DNA of 55,700 bases. It comes from a virus. Its lineage: Duplodnaviria; Caudoviricetes. How positions within the stretch are numbered: the first letter of the stretch is position 1; every line of letters starts with the position of its first letter. Of the stretch, positions 8,978-19,200 are shown one piece after another. The position numbers and the translations under genes are program-made. Under the pieces are notes generated by a model. The model saw only the letters and a list, made by a program, of their open reading frames with translations. It was not told the origin of the DNA and ran no database searches. The stretch is from positions 1 to 55,700 of the IMG/VR virus record IMGVR_UViG_3300033388_003023; one strand, given 5' to 3'.

Positions 8978-10696
8978 ATGAGGATAACAAATTTCCAGGG
9001 CGCAATGCCACGAACACCAATCAAAAAATTACCAAGCAATGTGGCTATAACCGCCATAAACTGCGATACGTCAGATGGACAACTTAGTCCAATAAAAGAA
9101 CCTTTAGAAATTCAAGTACTCGCTAAAGCCGGTGATTTACGGTCTATTTTTAGGTGTGATGCTACATGGTTAAGCTGGTTGACAGAGACAGATGTTGTGA
9201 AAGCAGAGGGCATAGACACAGATTTTAGAATTTATTATACTGGTGACGGATACCCAAAAATTACAGATGCAACACTTGCAATATCCGGTGGCATTCCGTC
9301 TGCTTACCCATCAACAGCATATAGGCTTGGAGTGGCAGCGCCTACCGCAGCATTAACCACGGCAACAGATAAGATAGACCCTGTCGAAGATTACGGTGAT
9401 GTTTACACCACGGTTAGCTATGCGTATACCCTTGTTTCACAAATAAACGCAAATTATTCTGAAGAGTCGGCACCGTCACCTCCGACTCCTGCCTTAGAAA
9501 TTAACGAGAACATGAAGGTAACTCTTTCTGATTTCGTATTACCTACCGGAACCGGAAATAACATTCTTTTTTATAGGGTCTACAGAACCGCTGTAACAAC
9601 CACTGGAGGCACTATATTCCAACTTGTGCCAACGGGCAGGGATGGAAGCGGGAATTATGTTTACGATATGCCAGTGGCTCAAACAACATTTGAAGATTTA
9701 GACAACGAGAGTGTACCAAAAGCGCTATATCAAAACCTATCAGAACAAATATCTACAGAGGGGTGGGACAATTTACCCGACACAGCCTTTGGATTGACTC
9801 AATATCAAAACGGTATCCTGGCAGCTATTTACGACCAGTCTGTTTTAATTTCAAAAGCTTTTTATCCGTATGCTTTCCCAAGAGGTATAAATGATGTAAC
9901 AATAGATAATTCTTACGACTTTGAATACTCACCCGTAGCCATAGCATCATTTAGAGATATGCTGATTGTTGGCACAACTGCAAATCCATACGTTTTAACA
10001 GGCTCCGACCCTGCTTACCTAAACAAGTCGAAATTGCCGTTCAACGAGGCTTGCGTAGGTGAGATGATTGTCACTGAGATTGGCGTTATTTACCCCTCAA
10101 AAGACGGGTTAGTTTTATGTGATGGCGTAACCGTTGCCCCCTTAAGTCAAGACACATGGACAAAAGAACAATGGCAAGCCTTGGGGCCTGAAAATTTAAA
10201 ACTGTTCTATTATAAAGATAGATTGGTTGGGTTTTTCAAAGGCACAACAACCGGGTTTAACTATGACCTTAAAAGAACTAAATCAGTTGAAACTATTTCC
10301 CTTGATACTTATATTTTCTATGACGGGGTAATAATTGAAGAGGAAAGCAAGCTATATCTTCTATTAAAAGACGACACTCTTTATTATGTTTATGAGTGGG
10401 AAGGAAGTTCGTCAGTCAAAAACCAAACATGGGGAGGCTACATTCACGAAAGAGACGCCGCCCTGTACGCACTTGTCAGAATTGACGGAGACTTCACAAA
10501 CGGATCAATGGATTTGACATTAACTGTCGACGGAACGGCTTTAACCCCGATAACAATAGATGACGATGAACCTCAATATTTACCGGCAGGGTATAGGTTC
10601 AAGGATCTTCAGTACAGCTTTACCGGCAAAACACTTATTGATGATATCTATATCGGCAACTCAAGAAATGAAATGTACGAAGGGATTGACAGATGA
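8978..10696 (+). CDS. Tail nozzle/stabilisation protein
   Basis: MRITNFQGAMPR N-terminus, EESAPSPP, SKAFYPYAFP, VIYPSKDGLV beta-propeller-like motifs. Confidence 0.75.
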   Translation: MRITNFQGAMPRTPIKKLPSNVAITAINCDTSDGQLSPIKEPLEIQVLAKAGDLRSIFRCDATWLSWLTETDVVKAEGIDTDFRIYYTGDGYPKITDATLAISGGIPSAYPSTAYRLGVAAPTAALTTATDKIDPVEDYGDVYTTVSYAYTLVSQINANYSEESAPSPPTPALEINENMKVTLSDFVLPTGTGNNILFYRVYRTAVTTTGGTIFQLVPTGRDGSGNYVYDMPVAQTTFEDLDNESVPKALYQNLSEQISTEGWDNLPDTAFGLTQYQNGILAAIYDQSVLISKAFYPYAFPRGINDVTIDNSYDFEYSPVAIASFRDMLIVGTTANPYVLTGSDPAYLNKSKLPFNEACVGEMIVTEIGVIYPSKDGLVLCDGVTVAPLSQDTWTKEQWQALGPENLKLFYYKDRLVGFFKGTTTGFNYDLKRTKSVETISLDTYIFYDGVIIEEESKLYLLLKDDTLYYVYEWEGSSSVKNQTWGGYIHERDAALYALVRIDGDFTNGSMDLTLTVDGTALTPITIDDDEPQYLPAGYRFKDLQYSFTGKTLIDDIYIGNSRNEMYEGIDR

Positions 10697-12693
10697 ACGA
10701 TAGAGGCGCAAATATAAAAGGTGGCATGCTTATGCCCACAGACGCCTCGATGCAGGTTCAACAAGCCTTTAGAGATGTTCAAAACAGGATAGAGTCTTCA
10801 GACAGGAAAGTTACAGAGCTTGAGACTGAAGTGGCAGACTCATCCATTATCGGTGATACAACCCCACCTAACCCATTAACAGATTTGACGGCTATTAAAT
10901 TTGAAACACATATCAGACTCGAATGGGTAAATTCTTTGAGTACAGACATAAGCCATGTATCAATAACAAAAACTATTAACGCTATCCCCGATCCTGAATC
11001 TATCACTGTAGCGCATCCCACAAATTCATATGATGATTTAGATGAGATAGCCACAAGTGACTATGTTTATAAACTTGTTGTTGTTGACAATGCCGGGAAT
11101 AATTCAACATCAGTTTCAGTTTCGGTAAATGCCGCGACTTTACCGGCACCTGACGCAGTTCTAAATAAAACCTGGGACGGAGACGACCTTGAAACATATT
11201 GGGATCCTGTTGACGGGTTTGGTATCACCGGCTACAGAGTAAAGGTACTTTTTGGCCTTATAGAGGTTAGAAGCACTGATGTTGTTGAACCAAAATACAA
11301 TTATACCTACGCGGAAAACGGTGTTGATGGGCTTGCATATGAAGTCACTATAAGGGTTTTTACTCTTGATGCAAATGGAAATCCTTCTACGGCTTTCGCG
11401 ACATCAACAATTACTCATGTTGCCCCGGCGGCACCATTAAGTCTTGTTGCCTCAGTTGTCGAAGCAGGATTTGTTATTTCATGGGACTTATCGGCAAGTT
11501 CTGATGTTTTGGGCTATGATATTTCCCTAAATACGGTAAATATAGAATTAAACCATACAACCGGAAGCTATTTGTATAAAACGCTTTTGTTGGCCGGAGA
11601 TTATTCTTTCGGGATTACAGCGAAAAACAAATTGGGACAATCATCTATCGAGTCGGTTGTTCCGTACACAGTTAACGGGCCAAGTCAGCCATCTGACTTT
11701 ACATCCCAGGTCATAGATAATTCTGTGACGTTGTATTGGGCTGCACCAGCCGTAATAGAATTGCCAATAGCGGAATATGAAATCAGAAAAGGCGATGTTT
11801 TTGTGGCCGGCGAAGTGCTGGGCAGAAAAAAGGGAACTTTTACAATAATTGAAGAGCCAATTTCAGGCAACTATAAGTATTGGGTTGCTGCCGTTGACAA
11901 TGCAGGCAACATTGGCGAGGGGATAAGCCTGTCAGCCAACGTTGACGAACCGCCTGATTTTGTCCTTAATATTAAATGGGTAAATGATTTCATAGATGGA
12001 ACAGAGGCCAATTATTATATTAATCCTGATGGTTCTGCCATCGCTCCTGCGAATCCAACAGAAACATGGGCGGATCACTTTATAGGAACGGGATCAGCAG
12101 GAACACCACAATTTGAAGATTTTCAGGATTTAATTGACGGTGGTTTCACTTATTTCCCGGAACCTGTGCCAACAACAGCATCATATTATGAAGAAAACGA
12201 TTATGGTGCAGTGCTTGCGTCATCTTCTATCGCATCATCATATAATGAAAATAAATTCAACGGTGGCCCGACAGTAGTTACTAAATTAGCCGCTAAAGAA
12301 TTGTCTGGCGATTCATACACAGACCAGACATCGACCAAAATTTTCGCGGTCGGATTTCAATATGTAAGAGATAAGTTCGAATTAACATCAGATGGTAAAA
12401 CATTTGGAGTTTACGAAACACACACACTACAGCTTGATTCAAAGCTAAAGTCTGATGCCGGTAATGCCGAGGTTACAGTTGCAGCAACCGGTATTACAGT
12501 AACAGGATTTAAAACCTTCGTTGATATAACATCAATAAAGGCGCAAGCAATGGGTGATGGCACGGTGCCACTATCAACAGTTGTAGATTTTGACGGGAGC
12601 GTAAGCCAAACAGAGTTTACAGTTTATATATTTAATTCAACGACAGGAACGAAATTAACCGGTATAGTATCATGGAGTATAGAGGGGTATTAA
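10693..12693 (+). CDS. Tail fibre/appendage protein with FN3-like repeats
   Basis: Repeated L-x-W...Y...VDNAGN fibronectin-III signatures. Confidence 0.7.
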   Translation: MNDRGANIKGGMLMPTDASMQVQQAFRDVQNRIESSDRKVTELETEVADSSIIGDTTPPNPLTDLTAIKFETHIRLEWVNSLSTDISHVSITKTINAIPDPESITVAHPTNSYDDLDEIATSDYVYKLVVVDNAGNNSTSVSVSVNAATLPAPDAVLNKTWDGDDLETYWDPVDGFGITGYRVKVLFGLIEVRSTDVVEPKYNYTYAENGVDGLAYEVTIRVFTLDANGNPSTAFATSTITHVAPAAPLSLVASVVEAGFVISWDLSASSDVLGYDISLNTVNIELNHTTGSYLYKTLLLAGDYSFGITAKNKLGQSSIESVVPYTVNGPSQPSDFTSQVIDNSVTLYWAAPAVIELPIAEYEIRKGDVFVAGEVLGRKKGTFTIIEEPISGNYKYWVAAVDNAGNIGEGISLSANVDEPPDFVLNIKWVNDFIDGTEANYYINPDGSAIAPANPTETWADHFIGTGSAGTPQFEDFQDLIDGGFTYFPEPVPTTASYYEENDYGAVLASSSIASSYNENKFNGGPTVVTKLAAKELSGDSYTDQTSTKIFAVGFQYVRDKFELTSDGKTFGVYETHTLQLDSKLKSDAGNAEVTVAATGITVTGFKTFVDITSIKAQAMGDGTVPLSTVVDFDGSVSQTEFTVYIFNSTTGTKLTGIVSWSIEGY

Positions 12694-13497
12694 GTGACAG
12701 CAGATTTTAACAAACCGATAAACACAACGCCATATTTAACAGTTTGGGATTATGTCGAGGATAATATTGCGCTGGTTGCAACTTGGTTCGAAGATGTTAC
12801 AGGCGCAACGAATATACCAACAAACGCAAAAAGATTCAGCACGACCAATAAAAGATTTGAATATTGGAGTGGAGCAACATGGCTCGAATTGCTTTCAAAG
12901 GCAACAACAGCCTATGATATCAGGGCAGCGGTAGCAGACTTGGCCGACCTTGCAACGAATGCAACGACAGCTGGGGCATGTACCGGAAATTCTGCTACAG
13001 CAGACTTAGCCGATAACTCGCTTTCCTTGGGTGGTGCATTAGCATCTACATATACACAAAATACAGATGTACGAGCTATTTTATACGGTGGAACAGGTGC
13101 GAGCACTCAAGCAAACGCAAGAACAAACCTTTCCGTCTATTCCAAATCAGATAGTGACGCAAGATATCTTCTTGAATCAAATAACTTAAGCGACCTGAAT
13201 AGCCCCCCAACAGCAAGGACTAATATTTCCGTTTATTCAAAGCTTGAAATTGAGACGCATACCTACGGAGCAACCGACCATACAATAGCGCCGTTTACAA
13301 CAACTGCCATAGCTGCACCATCTGGGTATAGATATACTGATATGGTTTTCAATGAGGACTCATTCGACAGGAATGCCCCCGGCTATGAATGGATAGTCTT
13401 TGTGAGCATAAATAGCACTGGAACATCTGTATCGGTCAAGAACAAAAATATAGTATACTCTAGTAAGGTAACAATAGTTTGGGAAAAAAGAGGATAA
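12694..13497 (+). CDS. Tail fibre protein
   Basis: GTG start after GAGGGG. Fibre repeats ARTNLSVYSK/ARTNISVYSK and GGTGAST motif. Confidence 0.7.
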   Translation: MTADFNKPINTTPYLTVWDYVEDNIALVATWFEDVTGATNIPTNAKRFSTTNKRFEYWSGATWLELLSKATTAYDIRAAVADLADLATNATTAGACTGNSATADLADNSLSLGGALASTYTQNTDVRAILYGGTGASTQANARTNLSVYSKSDSDARYLLESNNLSDLNSPPTARTNISVYSKLEIETHTYGATDHTIAPFTTTAIAAPSGYRYTDMVFNEDSFDRNAPGYEWIVFVSINSTGTSVSVKNKNIVYSSKVTIVWEKRG

Positions 13498-14024
13498 TGA
13501 ACCTAACCCCATACACAGAAATAGACGGCCAGAGAAACTTTAAGGACTCTGAAATAATAGCCTTATATGATAGAATGGTATCAGAAGGAACCGTCAACAC
13601 AGTTTTTCAAGATGGCCTTGTGAATTCCAGCGAAGATTTTTTAAGAGAAATGAGAACGTGTAACAGACTTTTCATAGTCATCGAAAATAAAGAGCCGATT
13701 GCTATTACATGGCTTAATCGCTTTGAAGGGAAAACAGCCAGACTCCATTTTTGCTTCTTCAAAAAAGCATGGGGGAATAAGTCTGTTGAAGTTGGAAGAT
13801 TTATTTGTAGCCAAATACTTGATTATATGTATGAAAAAGAGTATATTTATGATAGCCTTATAGGACGAATACCGGCAAGCAACAAACCGGCGATAGAGTT
13901 TTTTAAAAAAGTAGGTGTCAAATTCGTTGGAGAACTACCGGAAGGACACTGGAACCACTTTAAACAGCAGAGCGAACCGGCTTTAGTTGTTTATATAAAT
14001 AGGGAGATTTCACATGGGTGGTAG
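13497..14024 (+). CDS. GNAT-fold tail assembly protein (T7 gp13/P22 gp14-like position)
   Basis: ARLHFCFFKKAWG...IPASNKPAIEFFKKVG GNAT motifs. Precedes the ejection genes. ATG at 13497 follows AGAGGA. Confidence 0.72.
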   Translation: MNLTPYTEIDGQRNFKDSEIIALYDRMVSEGTVNTVFQDGLVNSSEDFLREMRTCNRLFIVIENKEPIAITWLNRFEGKTARLHFCFFKKAWGNKSVEVGRFICSQILDYMYEKEYIYDSLIGRIPASNKPAIEFFKKVGVKFVGELPEGHWNHFKQQSEPALVVYINREISHGW

Positions 14025-14535
14025 CGGAGGCGGAGACAGTTACGATGCAGCATACAACGCAAGAATGGCAGAGATTGCCGAAAGAACGGCGGAGATGTCG
14101 GAATCAGCTTTTGATGTTTGGGAGACCGGAGGCACTGGAACACCAGGTGGATCCGGTAGCGGAATGGGCCTTGAGATAGCTCAAAATGTAGCTGCACAAG
14201 AATTATTACCATTCCAAACAGATTACGAAAGAGCCGGGATGCAATTCGGAGCTGAACAAATGGGTTATAAATCAGACCTTATGAATAAGTTTTATTCCAG
14301 CTTGGGAAAAAATACAGAAGAATCAGCAGTCGGAAAGGCAAGGGCAGATGTTGCCGGGTCTATATCTGGCGCAAAAAGCACAGCCGCCAGAGATGCACAA
14401 AGGCGGGGGGTAGCACCCCAAGCAGGTGGCTATGGACTTGCTGGCGCAAAATTAAATGTAGGCGCTATTTCCAGAGCAAGGGAAGACACAAGAAAGCAAA
14501 ATCTTGCAGAATACACACAGGGATTGACAATATGA
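14014..14535 (+). CDS. Putative DNA ejection (internal virion) protein
   Basis: MGGSGGG start, Ala/Gly-rich, located after the GNAT gene. Confidence 0.62.
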   Translation: MGGSGGGDSYDAAYNARMAEIAERTAEMSESAFDVWETGGTGTPGGSGSGMGLEIAQNVAAQELLPFQTDYERAGMQFGAEQMGYKSDLMNKFYSSLGKNTEESAVGKARADVAGSISGAKSTAARDAQRRGVAPQAGGYGLAGAKLNVGAISRAREDTRKQNLAEYTQGLTI

Positions 14536-14771
14536 GCGCTTTAAACAGAGCAATGGAGCTTAGAGGGCAGGTATCAGGCACGAAAGAGCAACCCAATATT
14601 GATACAAGGCCGGGAAAAACAATAGCTGGTGGGCTAACCTCTGCGTTGGGCGGTGCTGCAACAGGCGCGGCATTAAGTGCAGCCATTCCAGCAATAGCAG
14701 GAGGGCCACTTGTCGCTCCGATAATTGGCGCGACTACACTACTTGCTGGTGCAGAATACTTTACACGATAG
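14532..14771 (+). CDS. Small hydrophobic internal virion protein
   Basis: Glycine-zipper GGAATGAAL...GGPLVAPIIGA. Confidence 0.6.
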   Translation: MSALNRAMELRGQVSGTKEQPNIDTRPGKTIAGGLTSALGGAATGAALSAAIPAIAGGPLVAPIIGATTLLAGAEYFTR

Positions 14772-14789
14772 ATTTCAAGAGAGGATAAC

Positions 14790-16226
14790 ATGGGTCTTGG
14801 CAGACAAACAGGCAATGAAGTAGATTGGCAAAGAATAGCTGGCTCTATTGGTCAAATAGGTGGCGCTCTTGAACGTGGTGGAAGATACCAGGACTATAAA
14901 GAAGAGCGGGAAAAAGAAGCTTTAATAACTCAAGCTCAAAATAAAGCACAGACTGCAATGCAGCTTGATGTATCCCCCGAAGATGCCCGAACGCAAATAA
15001 AAGAACAAACAAGGTACCAAGAACCAGGTTTTTTTGGCAAGATAACCGGGAAAGAAGGGAAATACGAACGATCGTTCGCCCCTGATGTTGCCGAAACCGG
15101 ATATCAAAGAGCCATCGACTCTCAGATAGCATCGAGTGATGCTACAATTAAAAAAGCGACACAAGACTATACGAATAAATTTGCAGGCATGTCCGCAGAC
15201 GAAATGCAAAACCTTGATACTACAAAAATGCCTAACCCGGCAGCGGCTACAGCGGCAAAAGGTAAATACTTTGTAAGATACGGAAAAACAGCAGAAGCGC
15301 AGAAACTTGCCAACGAACAGCATAAGTTGGCCAGAGAAGGTTTATACAACAAGTTTAAAAGCGCACAAATGACAGCAGATAATTTGTTAAAAGATCCAAC
15401 GACATTAAGCAGGGAGAAGGGCATTGATCTAATGGTTGATGCCACAAACAACCTTAACAACACATCCTATAAAGCAGAAAAAGTTGTTATGAACGGCAAT
15501 CCGATGATACAAACTTTTATAATTTACGACGGGAAAAGAAAAAATGGCGATACCTATACGCCAGAAGAATATCAAAAAGTTTTAAGTGTAATAACAAAAG
15601 AAGTATATTATCAGGCATTTGATAAAAACAATGAATTTTCTAAGAAAATGAATACAGAGTCTTTGGATAATCCTGATTATATGGCTAATGACAGGGGCGA
15701 GACTGTAAGAGTTCAGACATTCACAAAGCCATTAGGTCCAGAGTTTCAATACTTAGTCACGACTTTGGATGGGCAACAACACCCTATTCAAGATAAACAA
15801 ACTCTTATAGAGGCAGGGTTTCACGATGTTCCAAAAACTAAACCCGGAAAAGATGGAAAAGGCGCCGAATCTAAAACCTTAACAAACAATCTAAAAGTAT
15901 TAGATAAGGCACTGGAGCTTGTTAAGCAGAGTGGTCGATACAATATTGATAAAGTTGAGGGAACAGTAACAGACAGCGCAGGAAATGAGGTCGGCCCGGA
16001 ACTTATCAGAGAAGCCATCGCATTAATGCCTCAGCTCGGAGTGGCTCTGTCAACAGGAGATGTTCAAGAGCTATTGCAATATCTTAACGTTCCTGACGAG
16101 GGGGATATTGCCGGAACACTATTGAACACACGAACACAGACCCCTGCACCGCAACAGCAGGCGATTAACACAGGGAATACAGTTAACCCAGGGAATACAC
16201 CAGGCTTAAATAGACCAGTAATATAA
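14790..16226 (+). CDS. Putative DNA ejection protein
   Basis: Helical 478-aa protein between the small ejection genes and the giant gene. Confidence 0.6.
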   Translation: MGLGRQTGNEVDWQRIAGSIGQIGGALERGGRYQDYKEEREKEALITQAQNKAQTAMQLDVSPEDARTQIKEQTRYQEPGFFGKITGKEGKYERSFAPDVAETGYQRAIDSQIASSDATIKKATQDYTNKFAGMSADEMQNLDTTKMPNPAAATAAKGKYFVRYGKTAEAQKLANEQHKLAREGLYNKFKSAQMTADNLLKDPTTLSREKGIDLMVDATNNLNNTSYKAEKVVMNGNPMIQTFIIYDGKRKNGDTYTPEEYQKVLSVITKEVYYQAFDKNNEFSKKMNTESLDNPDYMANDRGETVRVQTFTKPLGPEFQYLVTTLDGQQHPIQDKQTLIEAGFHDVPKTKPGKDGKGAESKTLTNNLKVLDKALELVKQSGRYNIDKVEGTVTDSAGNEVGPELIREAIALMPQLGVALSTGDVQELLQYLNVPDEGDIAGTLLNTRTQTPAPQQQAINTGNTVNPGNTPGLNRPVI

Positions 16227-16239
16227 ACAAGGGGTAATA

Positions 16240-19200
16240 ATGCCAGGCTTAAAACCAGAATTTAAAAGCTACTACCAGAAATTAATAGCAGAAAATCCAG
16301 ATAAACGGGAAGACATAGCCTATGGAGCCTCTGAAATTCATAAAACGGCCCACCCGGTAATCTTCCCTTCGCTCGATGATTTAACTGCAAAGGGTTCTGA
16401 ATATAGAAAGGCACAGCAACCTGGATACGTCAAGACATTTGCCCAGGGAGCCGCTAGGACAGTTGAAAATATAGCCGGTGGTGTAGGCGCTTTGACCCGC
16501 TGGGGTGGAGATGTTGCAGGAGTTGAAACTATTTCAGAAATTGGCAAAGAATCCTCGGATTACTGGAAAAAAGCGACTCAGGAGGGATGGGAAAAAGCTG
16601 ACGAAGATGTCTTTCAGGGCACGTTTATGGAGAATCCATCAATTAAAAGAGCGACCGGTCTTTTCGGAGAGGGAAGTGTATATTTAGCCGGTGCGCTTGC
16701 AACAGGTGGTTTGTTATTAGCTGGTGGAGCTGCGCCTGCTGTTGCCGCTGCCATTCCAGCGGTTGGTTTTGGTGGCTTAGAAGCTGGCCAGACTTACGAA
16801 GAAGCAAGAGAAAAAGGCAAATCGGTTGGCGAAGCAAGCGCATACGGCGTTGCTGCGGGGGTGACAACAACAGCCTTAGAAACTATTGGTATAGGCAAAA
16901 TATTAAAAGTAACCGGCTCCCCGATCAGGGGCGCTATTGTCGGCGGCATTTCGGAAGGGTTGGTCACAGAACCGTTGCAAACAATAGCTTCAAATCTTAT
17001 AGCAAAATTCGGATATGATAAAACGCGAGAATGGAACCAAGGACTTGCCGAATCGATTATTGGCGGCGTTGGGCTTGGTTCAATGGCAGGGTCGGTGGCT
17101 GCTCCTGCTAATTATAGAGCAAAAACAAATGAATTACTCGGCAAAATAAGAGAAATGAGTGACGGAGGGGCTACGCCTGAGGCAGTCGTGGCAATGGCTG
17201 AAAAGTTCAAGTTTGAATCGCCGGAAACGAAAGCAGTCGTTGATAAAATAAAAGAAATGATTGACAGCGGCGTTACACCTGAAGAGGTTGTGACAATGGC
17301 TGAAGAGATTAACACTGACATTTCAAAGTACGAAGCTCCAGCGGACCCAGGCGCACCACAAGACATGTTCGAATCATCCGGCGTTGAAACCAAAGAAGCC
17401 GCTGCACCACAGCAGGCACTACAAACACCTGCCGGAAACGTTGGGGTTGTACCAGTAGACGAAGTATCACCTTACTACGACGAGCAAACAGAGCAAGAAT
17501 TATTCATGGAACAACCTATTCAAAGCAGAATAGGGACAGCCGAAGAATCAGCCGCAGCCTTTGAGCAACAATATCAACGTGAAGCACAAGCAGAAGAATA
17601 CATGGGGGCGTTAAAAAGATCACCACAAGGCGCTGAATTATTAAAAGGCCAGCTTGCCGAAGAGCAAATAGCGGGTGAAGATTGGTTAAAGGCACCAATA
17701 GAAAGCGGTGTCATGCCAGCCGAAGAATCAGCAGCCGTATTCGAAGCCGAAGAAAGAAAAAGGAAAAGACTCGCTGGAATGTCTCAACAAGAGCAATTCG
17801 AAGAGGCGCAAATACAAAAAGCCCATGCAGCGTTAAAGCAAATTAAACCTAAACGCGTAAAAGGCGCTAAAGTCAGAACATTAAGAGGCGCAATACGTGC
17901 AAATGACGGTATTGATTTTGGAAATTTCAAAGGCGAATTAAAAAACATGTCTCAATCGGTCAAATACCTTTCAAGCAAAAAGGGAACACCGATCGACTTA
18001 ATGGAGAAAACCTTAAAAGAAGAAGGGTGGATGTTTCCAGAAGAATCTCTTATCGACAAATTAAGAGACGACCCTGAATTTCTCAGAAGACCACACCTTT
18101 CAACCGAGATTGCAGACAAGCCACAAGCAGAAAAAACAGAACAGGAATTACGCGTAGAGGAAGAGCAGGTTTACGAGCCGGAAGAGCCGCCAGAAGGAAA
18201 CTACAAAACAACTTACGCAGATGAGTTACAGGATGGCGCTGAGATTACTGTACTTGACAACACAGGCGCCGGACAATATACCGTAAAAAGACAACCAAAC
18301 GGTGAGGTAACCCTTGAGGGTGATAGAACTATTGAACTTACACCTTTCGATGATGTTCAGGTTTTGCAGGAAGACCGAAGGGTTGACGTAGAGAAAAGAA
18401 AACGTGTTGCTGAAGGTACGCAAGAGATTGTTGAAGCGAAACCGTATCACACCAAAGATACAATATCCATTGTAGAAAAATACAAAGGGCGGAATGACGA
18501 TATAAAACATATCACAGACCGGCAATTAAATTTTGAAACTCTTATTGAGGATATAAAGGCACCGGAAAAGCGTACAGAATTAAAAGAAATGTTCTCTGAT
18601 AACCTCATAGGCGAGAGTGGGGGAACTAATTTCAAAGATGTTAAAAAGACCTTGAAACAACTTGAGGCTGAAGGTATACCGTATGTGTATGAGCGGGCTG
18701 ATGGCGGGAACCTGGGCGGTCTAAACGCACATCACGGAGAGGTACATTCACTTGCGGATAAAGATGTCCGCAAAGTGTGGGGCGAAATATACACCGAAGA
18801 AGCCGTAAGACATGGGGCTGTTATAGGCCGAGATCAAGGCGATGAGTTTATTGTAGTGTGGCCGAACTTTACAATGGCAGAGGTCCGGGAAATTCGCGGG
18901 GATATAGAAGCTCAAATAAACAACAGGATTAAGGAGATGGGATTAGATAAAGTTCCTCACCCCAAAAAGAAATACAATGGTATGCCAACAGGAGCGCTTT
19001 ATACTAATTACGGACTTATAGAGGGCATTCCCGGCAAGTATGGAGAGATGGACCGACTTGCTGATATTGAAATGAGTCAGATGAAAGATGATTTTGAGCT
19101 TTCCAAATCTGAAGAAGTAGGTTATGCTTTTAATAAAAAGGAGGAAATCTATGAGCCAGGAAAAACAAAACAAGAGGTTAGGACTTCCGAAAAACGCGAC

